Shown piece by piece: positions 56,773 to 64,000 of a stretch of 64,000 bases of DNA. Both the position numbers and the translations under genes were made by a program. The DNA comes from Gammaproteobacteria bacterium. Lineage in GTDB: Bacteria; Pseudomonadota; Gammaproteobacteria; Pseudomonadales; JAUIET01. The stretch spans positions 131,087 through 195,086 of the forward strand of contig JAUIHW010000002.1 of the NCBI GenBank assembly GCA_030431775.1, in the 5' to 3' direction. Each line of letters begins with the position of its first letter. Position 1 is the first letter of the stretch. A model generated the notes under the pieces. It was not told the DNA's origin, searched no databases, and saw nothing but the letters and a program-made list of their open reading frames with translations.

Positions 56773-57537
56773 ATGTTTAGTTTAAAAGGAAAAGTAGCTG
56801 TGATAACCGGTTCAAGCCGCGGCATTGGACGCTCTATTGCCGAGTGTATGGCCGCTATCGGCGCGAAAGTTGTTGTCTCCAGCCGTAAAGCCGACTCCTG
56901 TCAACAAGTAGCGAAACAAATAGTAAGCAGCGGCGGGGAAGCCATAGTTGTACCCTGCAATATCGGAGAAAAGGCAGACCTTGCAAACCTGATTGATCAG
57001 ACTGTCTCTCAATTCGGAAAAGTAGATGTGCTGGTATGCAATGCGGCCGTCAATCCGTACTACGGTCCGATGTCCGAAATGCCCGACGAGTCTTATGACA
57101 AAATCATGAGTAGCAATGTGCGCAGCAATTTCTGGCTATGCAATATGGCGGCACCTCATATGGCGGCCCAGGGTGGCGGTTCGATTATTATTGTGTCCAG
57201 TATAGGTGGTAATCAAGGAAGTGATACGCTGGGTGTATACGGCATGTCAAAAGCTGCTGATTTTGCACTAGTGCGTAATTTGGCAGTCGAATGGGGTCCA
57301 AAGAAAATCCGTGCGAACTGTATAGCGCCTGGACTGATTAAAACCGATTTTTCCCGGGCACTGTGGGAAAATCCAGAAATCGGCGAAGCGGCTGAGCGGG
57401 CAATGCCCCTAAAAAGAATTGGTCAGCCAGAGGATATTGCCGGCGTAGCCATCTTCCTTGCATCCGAGGCCGCTTCTTACCTGACTGGTCAGACAATCGT
57501 TGTTGACGGAGGGCTAACAGTCAAGGAGCCAGTCTGA
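56773..57537 (+). CDS. SDR-family oxidoreductase
   Basis: The ATG at 56773 gives [19 protein letters not shown]. Also NAA and YGMSKAA. Confidence 0.9.
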   Translation: MFSLKGKVAVITGSSRGIGRSIAECMAAIGAKVVVSSRKADSCQQVAKQIVSSGGEAIVVPCNIGEKADLANLIDQTVSQFGKVDVLVCNAAVNPYYGPMSEMPDESYDKIMSSNVRSNFWLCNMAAPHMAAQGGGSIIIVSSIGGNQGSDTLGVYGMSKAADFALVRNLAVEWGPKKIRANCIAPGLIKTDFSRALWENPEIGEAAERAMPLKRIGQPEDIAGVAIFLASEAASYLTGQTIVVDGGLTVKEPV

Positions 57538-57555
57538 TACCCAATCAGGCCAGAC

Positions 57556-58710
57556 CTATGTTTTCAATATCGTGACTGCAGCCACATGGTTCCAGCCAAA
57601 GACCTGACACAAACCAACCCGCGGCCGTCTGGACATCTGTCGTTTTCCTGCTTGCCCGCGCATCTGCCATACAATCTCGCAAACCTGCCCTAATCCTGAA
57701 GCGCCAGGCGGTTCGCCTTTGCATTGTATTCCCCCGCTGGGATTAATCGGTAGCCGGCCGCCAATATCGAACTCGCCATCTCGCAGTAATCGGAAGGCTT
57801 CACCCGGCTGACAGAAGCCGAGTTGTTCGATATGCACCAATTCGTGCGCGGATTCAGTGTCTTGCACTTCCGCCACATCAACGTCCTCAGGTCCGATCCC
57901 AGCCATTTCAAAGGCCTTTTGCGCGGCAAGCTTCGTTACAGGGATTCCTTCACCACTATTCATACAAACGCTGTACTGATTGCTGGGCTCAAGCACCGGA
58001 GGTGGGTACTGGGCGGTTTGCATGCATGTCGCAGCAATTGTAATAGGGTCTTTGATACCAAATTTTTTCGCTGCTTTTTTACTACAGACAATTGCGGCGG
58101 CAGCGCCGTCATCAGGCGTGCAAAAATTGTAAAGGTGTAGTGGATACGCAACCATTGGTGAATTGAGCACATCTTCGACACTGATGATGTTTTGAAACAG
58201 AGCGTTGGGATTATTTGCGCCGTTCTTGTGGGCTTTTACCGCGACACGTGCAAAATCCTCCTCAGTCGCACCATAATCACTCATATATTTCTGCGCAACC
58301 GTCGCAAAAGCGATTGGACTGGCCTTCATACCGAGAATATTCTGCCAGGGCTCGCCGAGTTCCTCGAACATGCCTTTGTGCTTGTCGAAACCGTAGACCA
58401 GTACCACTTCGCAGGCGCCACTATGGATTGCGTTTCGTGCCAACTCGAGCATGGCGCCGCCGGTCGCACACATCGCATTGACTTGGTTGATTGGCACACC
58501 GGTCATACCAATCTTCATCATCAGGTCAATGCCCATGCCCTCTTTTGGGATTACAACCTTGCCGGCCAGTACGTACTCGATATCCTTGTAGCTTATATTG
58601 GCATCAGCGAGCGCCTTCAGGATCGCATCGATGGCCAGGTCTTCCGGATCTTTGTCCGGATAGCGTCCAAAAGGGTGCATGCCCACACCGGCGATTACCA
58701 CGTCTTCCAT
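57556..58710 (-). CDS. thiolase-fold protein (SCP-x / Ltp-type)
   Basis: 384 aa. VIAGVGMHPFGRY, NAMCATGG and NPSGG. Paired with a DUF35 gene upstream. Confidence 0.8.
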   Translation of the reverse strand: MEDVVIAGVGMHPFGRYPDKDPEDLAIDAILKALADANISYKDIEYVLAGKVVIPKEGMGIDLMMKIGMTGVPINQVNAMCATGGAMLELARNAIHSGACEVVLVYGFDKHKGMFEELGEPWQNILGMKASPIAFATVAQKYMSDYGATEEDFARVAVKAHKNGANNPNALFQNIISVEDVLNSPMVAYPLHLYNFCTPDDGAAAAIVCSKKAAKKFGIKDPITIAATCMQTAQYPPPVLEPSNQYSVCMNSGEGIPVTKLAAQKAFEMAGIGPEDVDVAEVQDTESAHELVHIEQLGFCQPGEAFRLLRDGEFDIGGRLPINPSGGIQCKGEPPGASGLGQVCEIVWQMRGQAGKRQMSRRPRVGLCQVFGWNHVAAVTILKT

Positions 58711-58755
58711 CTTACTTCCTCAATCTGTTCAAAAGGAGCAGTTCTGAGCACTCTT

Positions 58756-59208
58756 TCAGCCCACTTCAACGGGTCGGTATTTGCTGACCATAATATCGTT
58801 TCCGTTGTCGTCCTGACGCAAGCATTCGATTCTAAGCTCCATGTCCATACCGACCTTTAACTTCTGCGGGTCGTTTTCGGTCAGCAGAGAATAAAGCACC
58901 AGACCTTCTGGAAGCTCTATCCACCCGACACCATAGGGTTCAAATGGATCAGGCGCCTGATAGGGTGGTGGTGCGGGGTAATACATTACAGTGAATGCGT
59001 AGAGTTTGCCTTTGGTGCTGAGCGCCACCGTCTCCAGATTCTGCCCATTGCAGTTTTCGCAGATCTGTCTTTCTATAAAAAAGAGCTCGTGACAGTCATT
59101 GCATTTGCTCCCCAGCAAACGCCCGTTTTCGCGCTCCGAACTCGGGATGTTCATCATGCCTTCCCGAATTGGTATTTGTTGTCGTTCAGCGTTGTTGCTC
59201 ATCGTCAA
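58756..59208 (-). CDS. DUF35 Zn-ribbon/OB-fold protein
   Basis: CNDCHELFFIERQICENCNG zinc ribbon followed by an OB-fold-sized region. This is the canonical partner of SCP-x-type thiolases. Confidence 0.8.
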   Translation of the reverse strand: MTMSNNAERQQIPIREGMMNIPSSERENGRLLGSKCNDCHELFFIERQICENCNGQNLETVALSTKGKLYAFTVMYYPAPPPYQAPDPFEPYGVGWIELPEGLVLYSLLTENDPQKLKVGMDMELRIECLRQDDNGNDIMVSKYRPVEVG

Positions 59209-60089
59209 TTTCCCAGCCCAGCCGCAGCGGCCCAGGTGTCCAGTTCGGCAGCAAAGTTCTTACTGCTCATCTTGGCAGCCACTGCCAGTTCTTGAACACC
59301 AAGACGTTTGGCTTCCTCAATTTTCGCAGGTAGCTTGTCTGGATCCGGATCTGCATTGAGCCCGAGTTTTAATCGAAATGACGCATCATTTTCGCGTCCA
59401 TGCGCTGCCAACTGTGCACGCAGTTTTTCCAGGTGTGGCTCCAATTCATAATTGGACCACCAACCGTACCAACCATCACCACTGCGTGCTGCACGCCGCA
59501 TTGCTGCGTCTGAATCACCACCTATCAAGAAAGGGGGGCCACCCGGAGTCAGCGGATGAGGGGCAACTATCGCATTATCGAAAGAGACAAATTCGCCGTG
59601 AAAACTGGCTCGTGGCTCAGTCCAGGCCGCCCGAATAGCAGCAATGTATTCATCAAAACGTTTTCCGCGGCGGGCAAAAGATACACCCAAGGCTTCGTAT
59701 TCTTCACTTGCCCAGCCTGCTCCCACACCAAACTCAAAACGTCCCTCGGTTAGATGGTCCAGTGTCATGACCTCTCTCGCCGTCAGTAACGCTGGTCGTT
59801 GAGGCAGGATCAACACACTCGTTGCGAAACGTAAAGTCGTGGTCGCCTGGGACGCGACAGCGATTACAAATAATGGATCAAACAAGGCTGCACCATCAGG
59901 GAAAGGAGGCTTTCCAGCCGCATCGTAGGGATACTTGGACTCATACTGTTTCAAGTCGAAAAACACCACATGTTCGGGTGCCCAGTAACTGCTGAAACCC
60001 TTGGCCTCTATTGCTGGCATGTACTCGCGTATAAAACCAAGATCTCTTCCGGGTGAGTTCCCAAACGGGGCGACAAGACCTATATCCAT
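59205..60089 (-). CDS. LLM-class oxidoreductase
   Basis: 294 aa. FSSYWAPEHVVF, FEFGVGAGWASEEYEALGVSFARRGKRFDE and PPFLIGG. Confidence 0.8.
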   Translation of the reverse strand: MDIGLVAPFGNSPGRDLGFIREYMPAIEAKGFSSYWAPEHVVFFDLKQYESKYPYDAAGKPPFPDGAALFDPLFVIAVASQATTTLRFATSVLILPQRPALLTAREVMTLDHLTEGRFEFGVGAGWASEEYEALGVSFARRGKRFDEYIAAIRAAWTEPRASFHGEFVSFDNAIVAPHPLTPGGPPFLIGGDSDAAMRRAARSGDGWYGWWSNYELEPHLEKLRAQLAAHGRENDASFRLKLGLNADPDPDKLPAKIEEAKRLGVQELAVAAKMSSKNFAAELDTWAAAAGLGN

Positions 60090-60104
60090 CTTCTTTCTCC
60101 TGTT

Positions 60105-61400
60105 TTAATCGTCCATCCCTACTTGCTTCAGCAATTCGGTTTCTACCACGCCTTTCACTCCTTTCTTCCATACGTATTGTCGACACGGCATGCCCTTGCG
60201 CATCTGCGCATGGCCGTCAACCACAAAGATAAGCGGATTTCCTTTGAATTGGTCTTTGTTGCCTGAAGCACAATGAACGCAATACATTGGGAAGTCGGTA
60301 CGGTTGAAAGTCAGATCATGCGGCTGCTTGACAATCGGCGCCAATTCGCCGCCATAGTGAAACCGGTCTTTGGTCATCTCTTCACGCAGCATCCGACCAC
60401 CGCTCCCACAAGGGTCTAGAACAAAAACAAATCGATCATCTTCCTCTTCGATACGAAAGGCTCCTTGGTGGTAGTGCCAATTCTGGGCAAGCGCATCGAC
60501 ACGGTCTTTGTCTGTCTCGAAACCTTCCATACTAGCGTAGAGGAAAGAGAAACTGGAGTCATACCCTTCCTTTAGGCAGTCTTCCAAGTAAGTCATTCCG
60601 CCGAGTTCCTCGCAAGCGGCAAATGTGTATTCATTCCACACCATCAGCGTATCGTGCCAGCCGGCCCAATCCGTTTCCTGGCCATCTATCAGTTCGCGTA
60701 CTTCAAGTTTGTCCGATGCGATTAGATTAAGCGCTTTTTCAGCTCTGGATTTTGGCAGTTCATACAACTCAGTTTCGGAATATAATTTTTGTCCACGTGT
60801 GGCTTTCTGCCGAAAGCGCATGGTACATCCACCAGGCAATTTCTTATTGATTTCAGTTGTCCATATCTTCTCTTCTGCAGCATCGTTGAGTGCTTTCTGC
60901 AACGATTTGCAGCCTACACAAAATATCGGGGTACCGTCGTCGAAACGCGTATACCAATGCGGCATTTTCTTCTCAAAGCCTTTAAGGACATTAATCCCCC
61001 CCGAACCGCAAGGGGCAAGAGAGAACTCAATTGCATCGTCAGCCTGCCCCAGCGGCACAATTTTAGCCCCGACATGATGCTTATAGATATCTATAAGTTC
61101 GCTGAACGTCTCCTTTTCCTGACCTTGAAGAAACTGTTCGATATACGGCCGCATTACCTGACGACCTATACGCTCAAGCATTTCCCGAGTTTTTTCCTGT
61201 CCATAATCTTGCTGCCACTTAGCCCAAATTCGTGTTATCGCGGCAACGCCAAGAAAATGCAGTGCAGTATGCGCAGTGGACATCTGCAAGAGTAGTTGAC
61301 TTAGCTTGCCTGTCTCGCCTTTGTCCAGCGCCTCGAGTGCCTTTTGAGGTAAAGACTTTGACAATTCCTTGAGTTCTTCGTCACTAAATATCCGAGACAT
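60105..61400 (-). CDS. hypothetical cysteine-rich protein with internal duplication
   Basis: An AGGAG ribosome-binding site precedes the ATG at 61400. Two halves each carry PCGSGG...CVxC...C (APCGSGG/FCVGCKS/GGCTM and DPCGSGG/YCVHCAS/MPCRQ). I recognise no family. Confidence 0.6.
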   Translation of the reverse strand: MSRIFSDEELKELSKSLPQKALEALDKGETGKLSQLLLQMSTAHTALHFLGVAAITRIWAKWQQDYGQEKTREMLERIGRQVMRPYIEQFLQGQEKETFSELIDIYKHHVGAKIVPLGQADDAIEFSLAPCGSGGINVLKGFEKKMPHWYTRFDDGTPIFCVGCKSLQKALNDAAEEKIWTTEINKKLPGGCTMRFRQKATRGQKLYSETELYELPKSRAEKALNLIASDKLEVRELIDGQETDWAGWHDTLMVWNEYTFAACEELGGMTYLEDCLKEGYDSSFSFLYASMEGFETDKDRVDALAQNWHYHQGAFRIEEEDDRFVFVLDPCGSGGRMLREEMTKDRFHYGGELAPIVKQPHDLTFNRTDFPMYCVHCASGNKDQFKGNPLIFVVDGHAQMRKGMPCRQYVWKKGVKGVVETELLKQVGMDD

Positions 61401-62727
61401 TTCCCTGCTCCTGTTCAATCGCCGCCGATCCAATTTTTACCGTTGACGGCGGCAGGCCCAGATACAATGAAAGTATCCCCAGCGGGGTTAGCACTGCCGC
61501 TGTCAAGGCAAGCGAGTAGCCAACAGCATTGTCGTAACCAAATATATAATCCGTGCATAGTGCAACTGCCATTGGTCCGAATCCAGTACCGACAAAAGCA
61601 ACAACCAACATATAAATCGCTGTAACCTGCGCAGCCATTTTTGCAGGAGTCAAGTTCTGGATAGCCGCAGCTGAAAGGCCAACCGGCGAACTGAGAAAGA
61701 AGGTTGCCGGTATCAAGAGTAATAATGCGACTCTGTCGTCTGAGACCAAAGGCATTGCAACCGCAAACGGTAGCGATGCGAGGCTCACCAGAATCATAGC
61801 GCGCAACGGTGCTTTGCTTGCGCCACGCGCGTGAAGAAAATCCGAAAACCAACCTCCAGCAACTGCACCAGTAGTGCCAAAAAGCAGCAAAATCCAGCCA
61901 TAGTTGATACCGACGCTGCTGATGCTCCAACCATGCAATCGGATAAAATAGCTTGGCGTCCAGGAAAGAATACCGATGATAACAATGCCAACAAATGATA
62001 TACCGACGAATATTGCTGCCAATTCACGGCGCTCGGCTTTCATGAAATCAATGATGTCTCTGGTAGAAGCTTTCTCTACTGTAGCCTCTTGTCCGATTGA
62101 GCCTCTGCGTACCGGCTCCTTAATGGTAAACATTAATAGGCCGACCAATACTCCCGGCAAACCGACAACAATAAAAGTGAGTTGCCATGGCTTCAACGCA
62201 CTCAATAGCGGCAGATCGATCGGCGCGTGAAGCGAGATCAATTCGATAACAGCACCTCCAACGAGCATCGCTAATCCGGCGCCGGCATAAACTCCAAGTG
62301 AATAGGTACCGGTGGCGAGAGCCCGTCTTTCCTCTGGAAAGTAGTCCGCAATAATCGAGTAAGCTGGCGGTGATAATGCCGCTTCGCCAACCCCAACACC
62401 AACACGGGCAAGAAAGAGTTGTAGAAAGTTACGGGCAAATCCGCAGGCGGCTGTCATCAGACACCATACAAAAATTCCGGCAGCTATAACATTGCGGCGG
62501 TTACCACGGTCAGCAATACGGGCAATCGGCACGCCCATCACGCTGTAAAAAATCGCAAATGCAAAGCCCTGAAGCAGACTCACTTGCGTATCGGAAATAT
62601 CGAGATCAGCTCGAATGGGGCCAACCAAAAGGTTAAAAATTTGCCGATCGATGTATGAAATGGTATAGGCAATCGTTAGTATTAGAACAACATACCATGC
62701 ATAAAAGTTTCTTGTTTCTGTTTGCAT
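61384..62727 (-). CDS. MFS transporter (paralogue of 40356..41645)
   Basis: 447 aa, multi-TM. MGVPIARIADRGNRRN loop motif. Confidence 0.85.
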   Translation of the reverse strand: MQTETRNFYAWYVVLILTIAYTISYIDRQIFNLLVGPIRADLDISDTQVSLLQGFAFAIFYSVMGVPIARIADRGNRRNVIAAGIFVWCLMTAACGFARNFLQLFLARVGVGVGEAALSPPAYSIIADYFPEERRALATGTYSLGVYAGAGLAMLVGGAVIELISLHAPIDLPLLSALKPWQLTFIVVGLPGVLVGLLMFTIKEPVRRGSIGQEATVEKASTRDIIDFMKAERRELAAIFVGISFVGIVIIGILSWTPSYFIRLHGWSISSVGINYGWILLLFGTTGAVAGGWFSDFLHARGASKAPLRAMILVSLASLPFAVAMPLVSDDRVALLLLIPATFFLSSPVGLSAAAIQNLTPAKMAAQVTAIYMLVVAFVGTGFGPMAVALCTDYIFGYDNAVGYSLALTAAVLTPLGILSLYLGLPPSTVKIGSAAIEQEQGNVSDI

Positions 62728-62878
62728 AGCTAAATAAATGCCAAATGAGTTCTGAGCCGAACCTCCTCAAGGTGACCTTCGCTCGCGAAAATACGACTGG
62801 ATCCGAAAGCCCATATTAGATAATATTCTCTATTTAGACAAGCCTTGATAGTTCAGTCCTGAGGTTACCTGGCGTAAC

Positions 62879-64000
62879 GTGAATGCATCCGTCATATTTG
62901 ATCCGTTAACTCCAGGCGCGTACACCGATCGTCAACGTGTTTTCGAGAGCTTGCGAAATGATGCGCCCTTATATCAAGTGGAAGTTGGTGGTCAACAGAT
63001 TCGCCTGTTAAGCCGACACGCGGATGTAGCAAGGATCATTAACGATCCGACGACAATGATGAACCCTCCAGGGCAAGATACACCACCCACGTATGGCAGG
63101 GGTCCAGCAGCGGTCCTTTGGCGCAACGCTATTTCGATGATGGACCCACCGCGGCATACCTGTTCACGCCGTGCGATCTCCAGGCCATTTACCAACCGCA
63201 ATATTGATCAGTTTCGGGAACTAATCGACGATATTGTTGCAGTAGTGCTTGCCGAAACCGACTTTGAGAACACTGATGTTGTCCACGATGTCGGATTGAA
63301 AATTCCAATGCGCGTCATTTGCAGATTACTGGGTATCCCAACAGCAGACTGGCCACAGCTGCAGTCCTGGACCAAAGATTTTCTACACATATTTTTGCCA
63401 GAAACCGCTTCACCAGAAATCGTTGAGCGAACACAACAAGCAAGTAGAAACTTCATCAACTACTTTGCTGAGATGATAGACCAACGACTGGAGAATCCTT
63501 GCGATGACCTAACCTCCGAGTTCACAGCCGCTATGAATTCTGCAGACGGGTTAAACAAAGCCGGGTTGATCGGTGCCTTGCGTGGCTTGTTAACTGCCGG
63601 GTTCGAAACGACAGCTGCAACAATCTCCGCTGGATTCTATGCTTTCGCTACACAGCCCGAGCAATACCAGCGGCTCCGTGAGCAACCAGAGCTGATTTCC
63701 GGCGCAATTGAGGAATTGCTGCGCTGGGAAACGCCGGTGCAAGTTATCATCCGCTATATTGGAAAGGACACGATATTACACGGCACAGTACTACCTGCGG
63801 GCACGCAAGTATGGTTACTGACGGGAGCCGCGAACCACGATCCACGCAAATATGACCAACCCTCGCGGGTTGACGTCAGTCGTGAGATTAGCGAGCACTT
63901 TTCCTTCGGAGGCGGAAGGCACTTTTGCCTTGGTGCATATCTTGCGCGACTAGAGTTGAAAATACTTTTGCAGCAACTCGTCAAGCAATGCAAGTCCGTA
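62879..64000 (+). CDS. cytochrome P450 (3'-truncated by the window end)
   Basis: My own translation from the GTG at 62879 shows AGFETT (I-helix), EELLRWETP (ExxR) and FSFGGGRHFCLG (heme Cys loop). It is open-ended, so it is absent from the ORF track. Confidence 0.9.
   Translation, partial: MNASVIFDPLTPGAYTDRQRVFESLRNDAPLYQVEVGGQQIRLLSRHADVARIINDPTTMMNPPGQDTPPTYGRGPAAVLWRNAISMMDPPRHTCSRRAISRPFTNRNIDQFRELIDDIVAVVLAETDFENTDVVHDVGLKIPMRVICRLLGIPTADWPQLQSWTKDFLHIFLPETASPEIVERTQQASRNFINYFAEMIDQRLENPCDDLTSEFTAAMNSADGLNKAGLIGALRGLLTAGFETTAATISAGFYAFATQPEQYQRLREQPELISGAIEELLRWETPVQVIIRYIGKDTILHGTVLPAGTQVWLLTGAANHDPRKYDQPSRVDVSREISEHFSFGGGRHFCLGAYLARLELKILLQQLVKQCKSV

Noticed and set aside
58192-58860. 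222-aa plus-strand ORF
   Set aside because: It is antisense to the SCP-x thiolase and DUF35 genes and has no motifs.
1-64000. CRISPR arrays, rRNA genes, IS elements/transposases
   Set aside because: I saw no regularly spaced short repeats, no rRNA-like sequence, and no transposase-like ORFs or terminal inverted repeats. The only recombinases are the two tyrosine recombinases in the island.

Overview
The window has three parts.

(1) 1-7.8 kb is a conserved gammaproteobacterial housekeeping block: hemA (divergent, partial), a TPR lipoprotein, lolB, ispE, tRNA-Gln, prs, rplY, pth, ychF and tRNA-Met.

(2) About 7.8-22.7 kb is a roughly 14.9 kb genomic island in the 3' end of tRNA-Met. It is visibly more AT-rich. 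A 45-bp direct repeat of the tRNA 3' half bounds it (7789-7833 and 22659-22703). It carries a P4-type tyrosine integrase, an excisionase-like ORF and a second tyrosine recombinase. It also carries one co-directional minus-strand array of nine genes. In transcription order these are:
- an AbiE-like wHTH protein and nucleotidyltransferase pair;
- a divergent PP2C phosphatase;
- a 640-aa GHKL (MORC/Hsp90-type) ATPase fused to a PD-(D/E)xK nuclease;
- a type I R-M operon, hsdM-hsdS-[two embedded unknown genes]-hsdR.

The PP2C plus GHKL-nuclease pair is my best candidate for an undescribed defence module. The two genes embedded in the R-M operon are second.

(3) 22.8-64 kb holds a DUF4143 ATPase and a sulfotransferase, then a large lipid/xenobiotic-type catabolic cluster. 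The cluster has three AMP-dependent CoA ligases, thiolases, acyl-CoA dehydrogenases (ACADs, including an alpha/beta-type pair), SDRs and a MaoC hydratase. It also has amidase, PaaI thioesterase, TauD dioxygenase, class II aldolase, nitroreductase and a PQQ quinohemoprotein dehydrogenase. A TonB-dependent receptor, two MFS transporters, a TetR regulator and a partial P450 complete it. Notable features there:
- a duplicated LLM-oxidoreductase/AstE-like gene pair whose AstE-like members appear to lack two of the three zinc ligands;
- a pair of unknown paralogues;
- a cysteine-rich, internally duplicated unknown protein;
- a recurring palindromic promoter motif.

No rRNA genes, CRISPR arrays or IS elements were seen. 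All functional calls come from reading motifs in the translations by eye; no database search was run.
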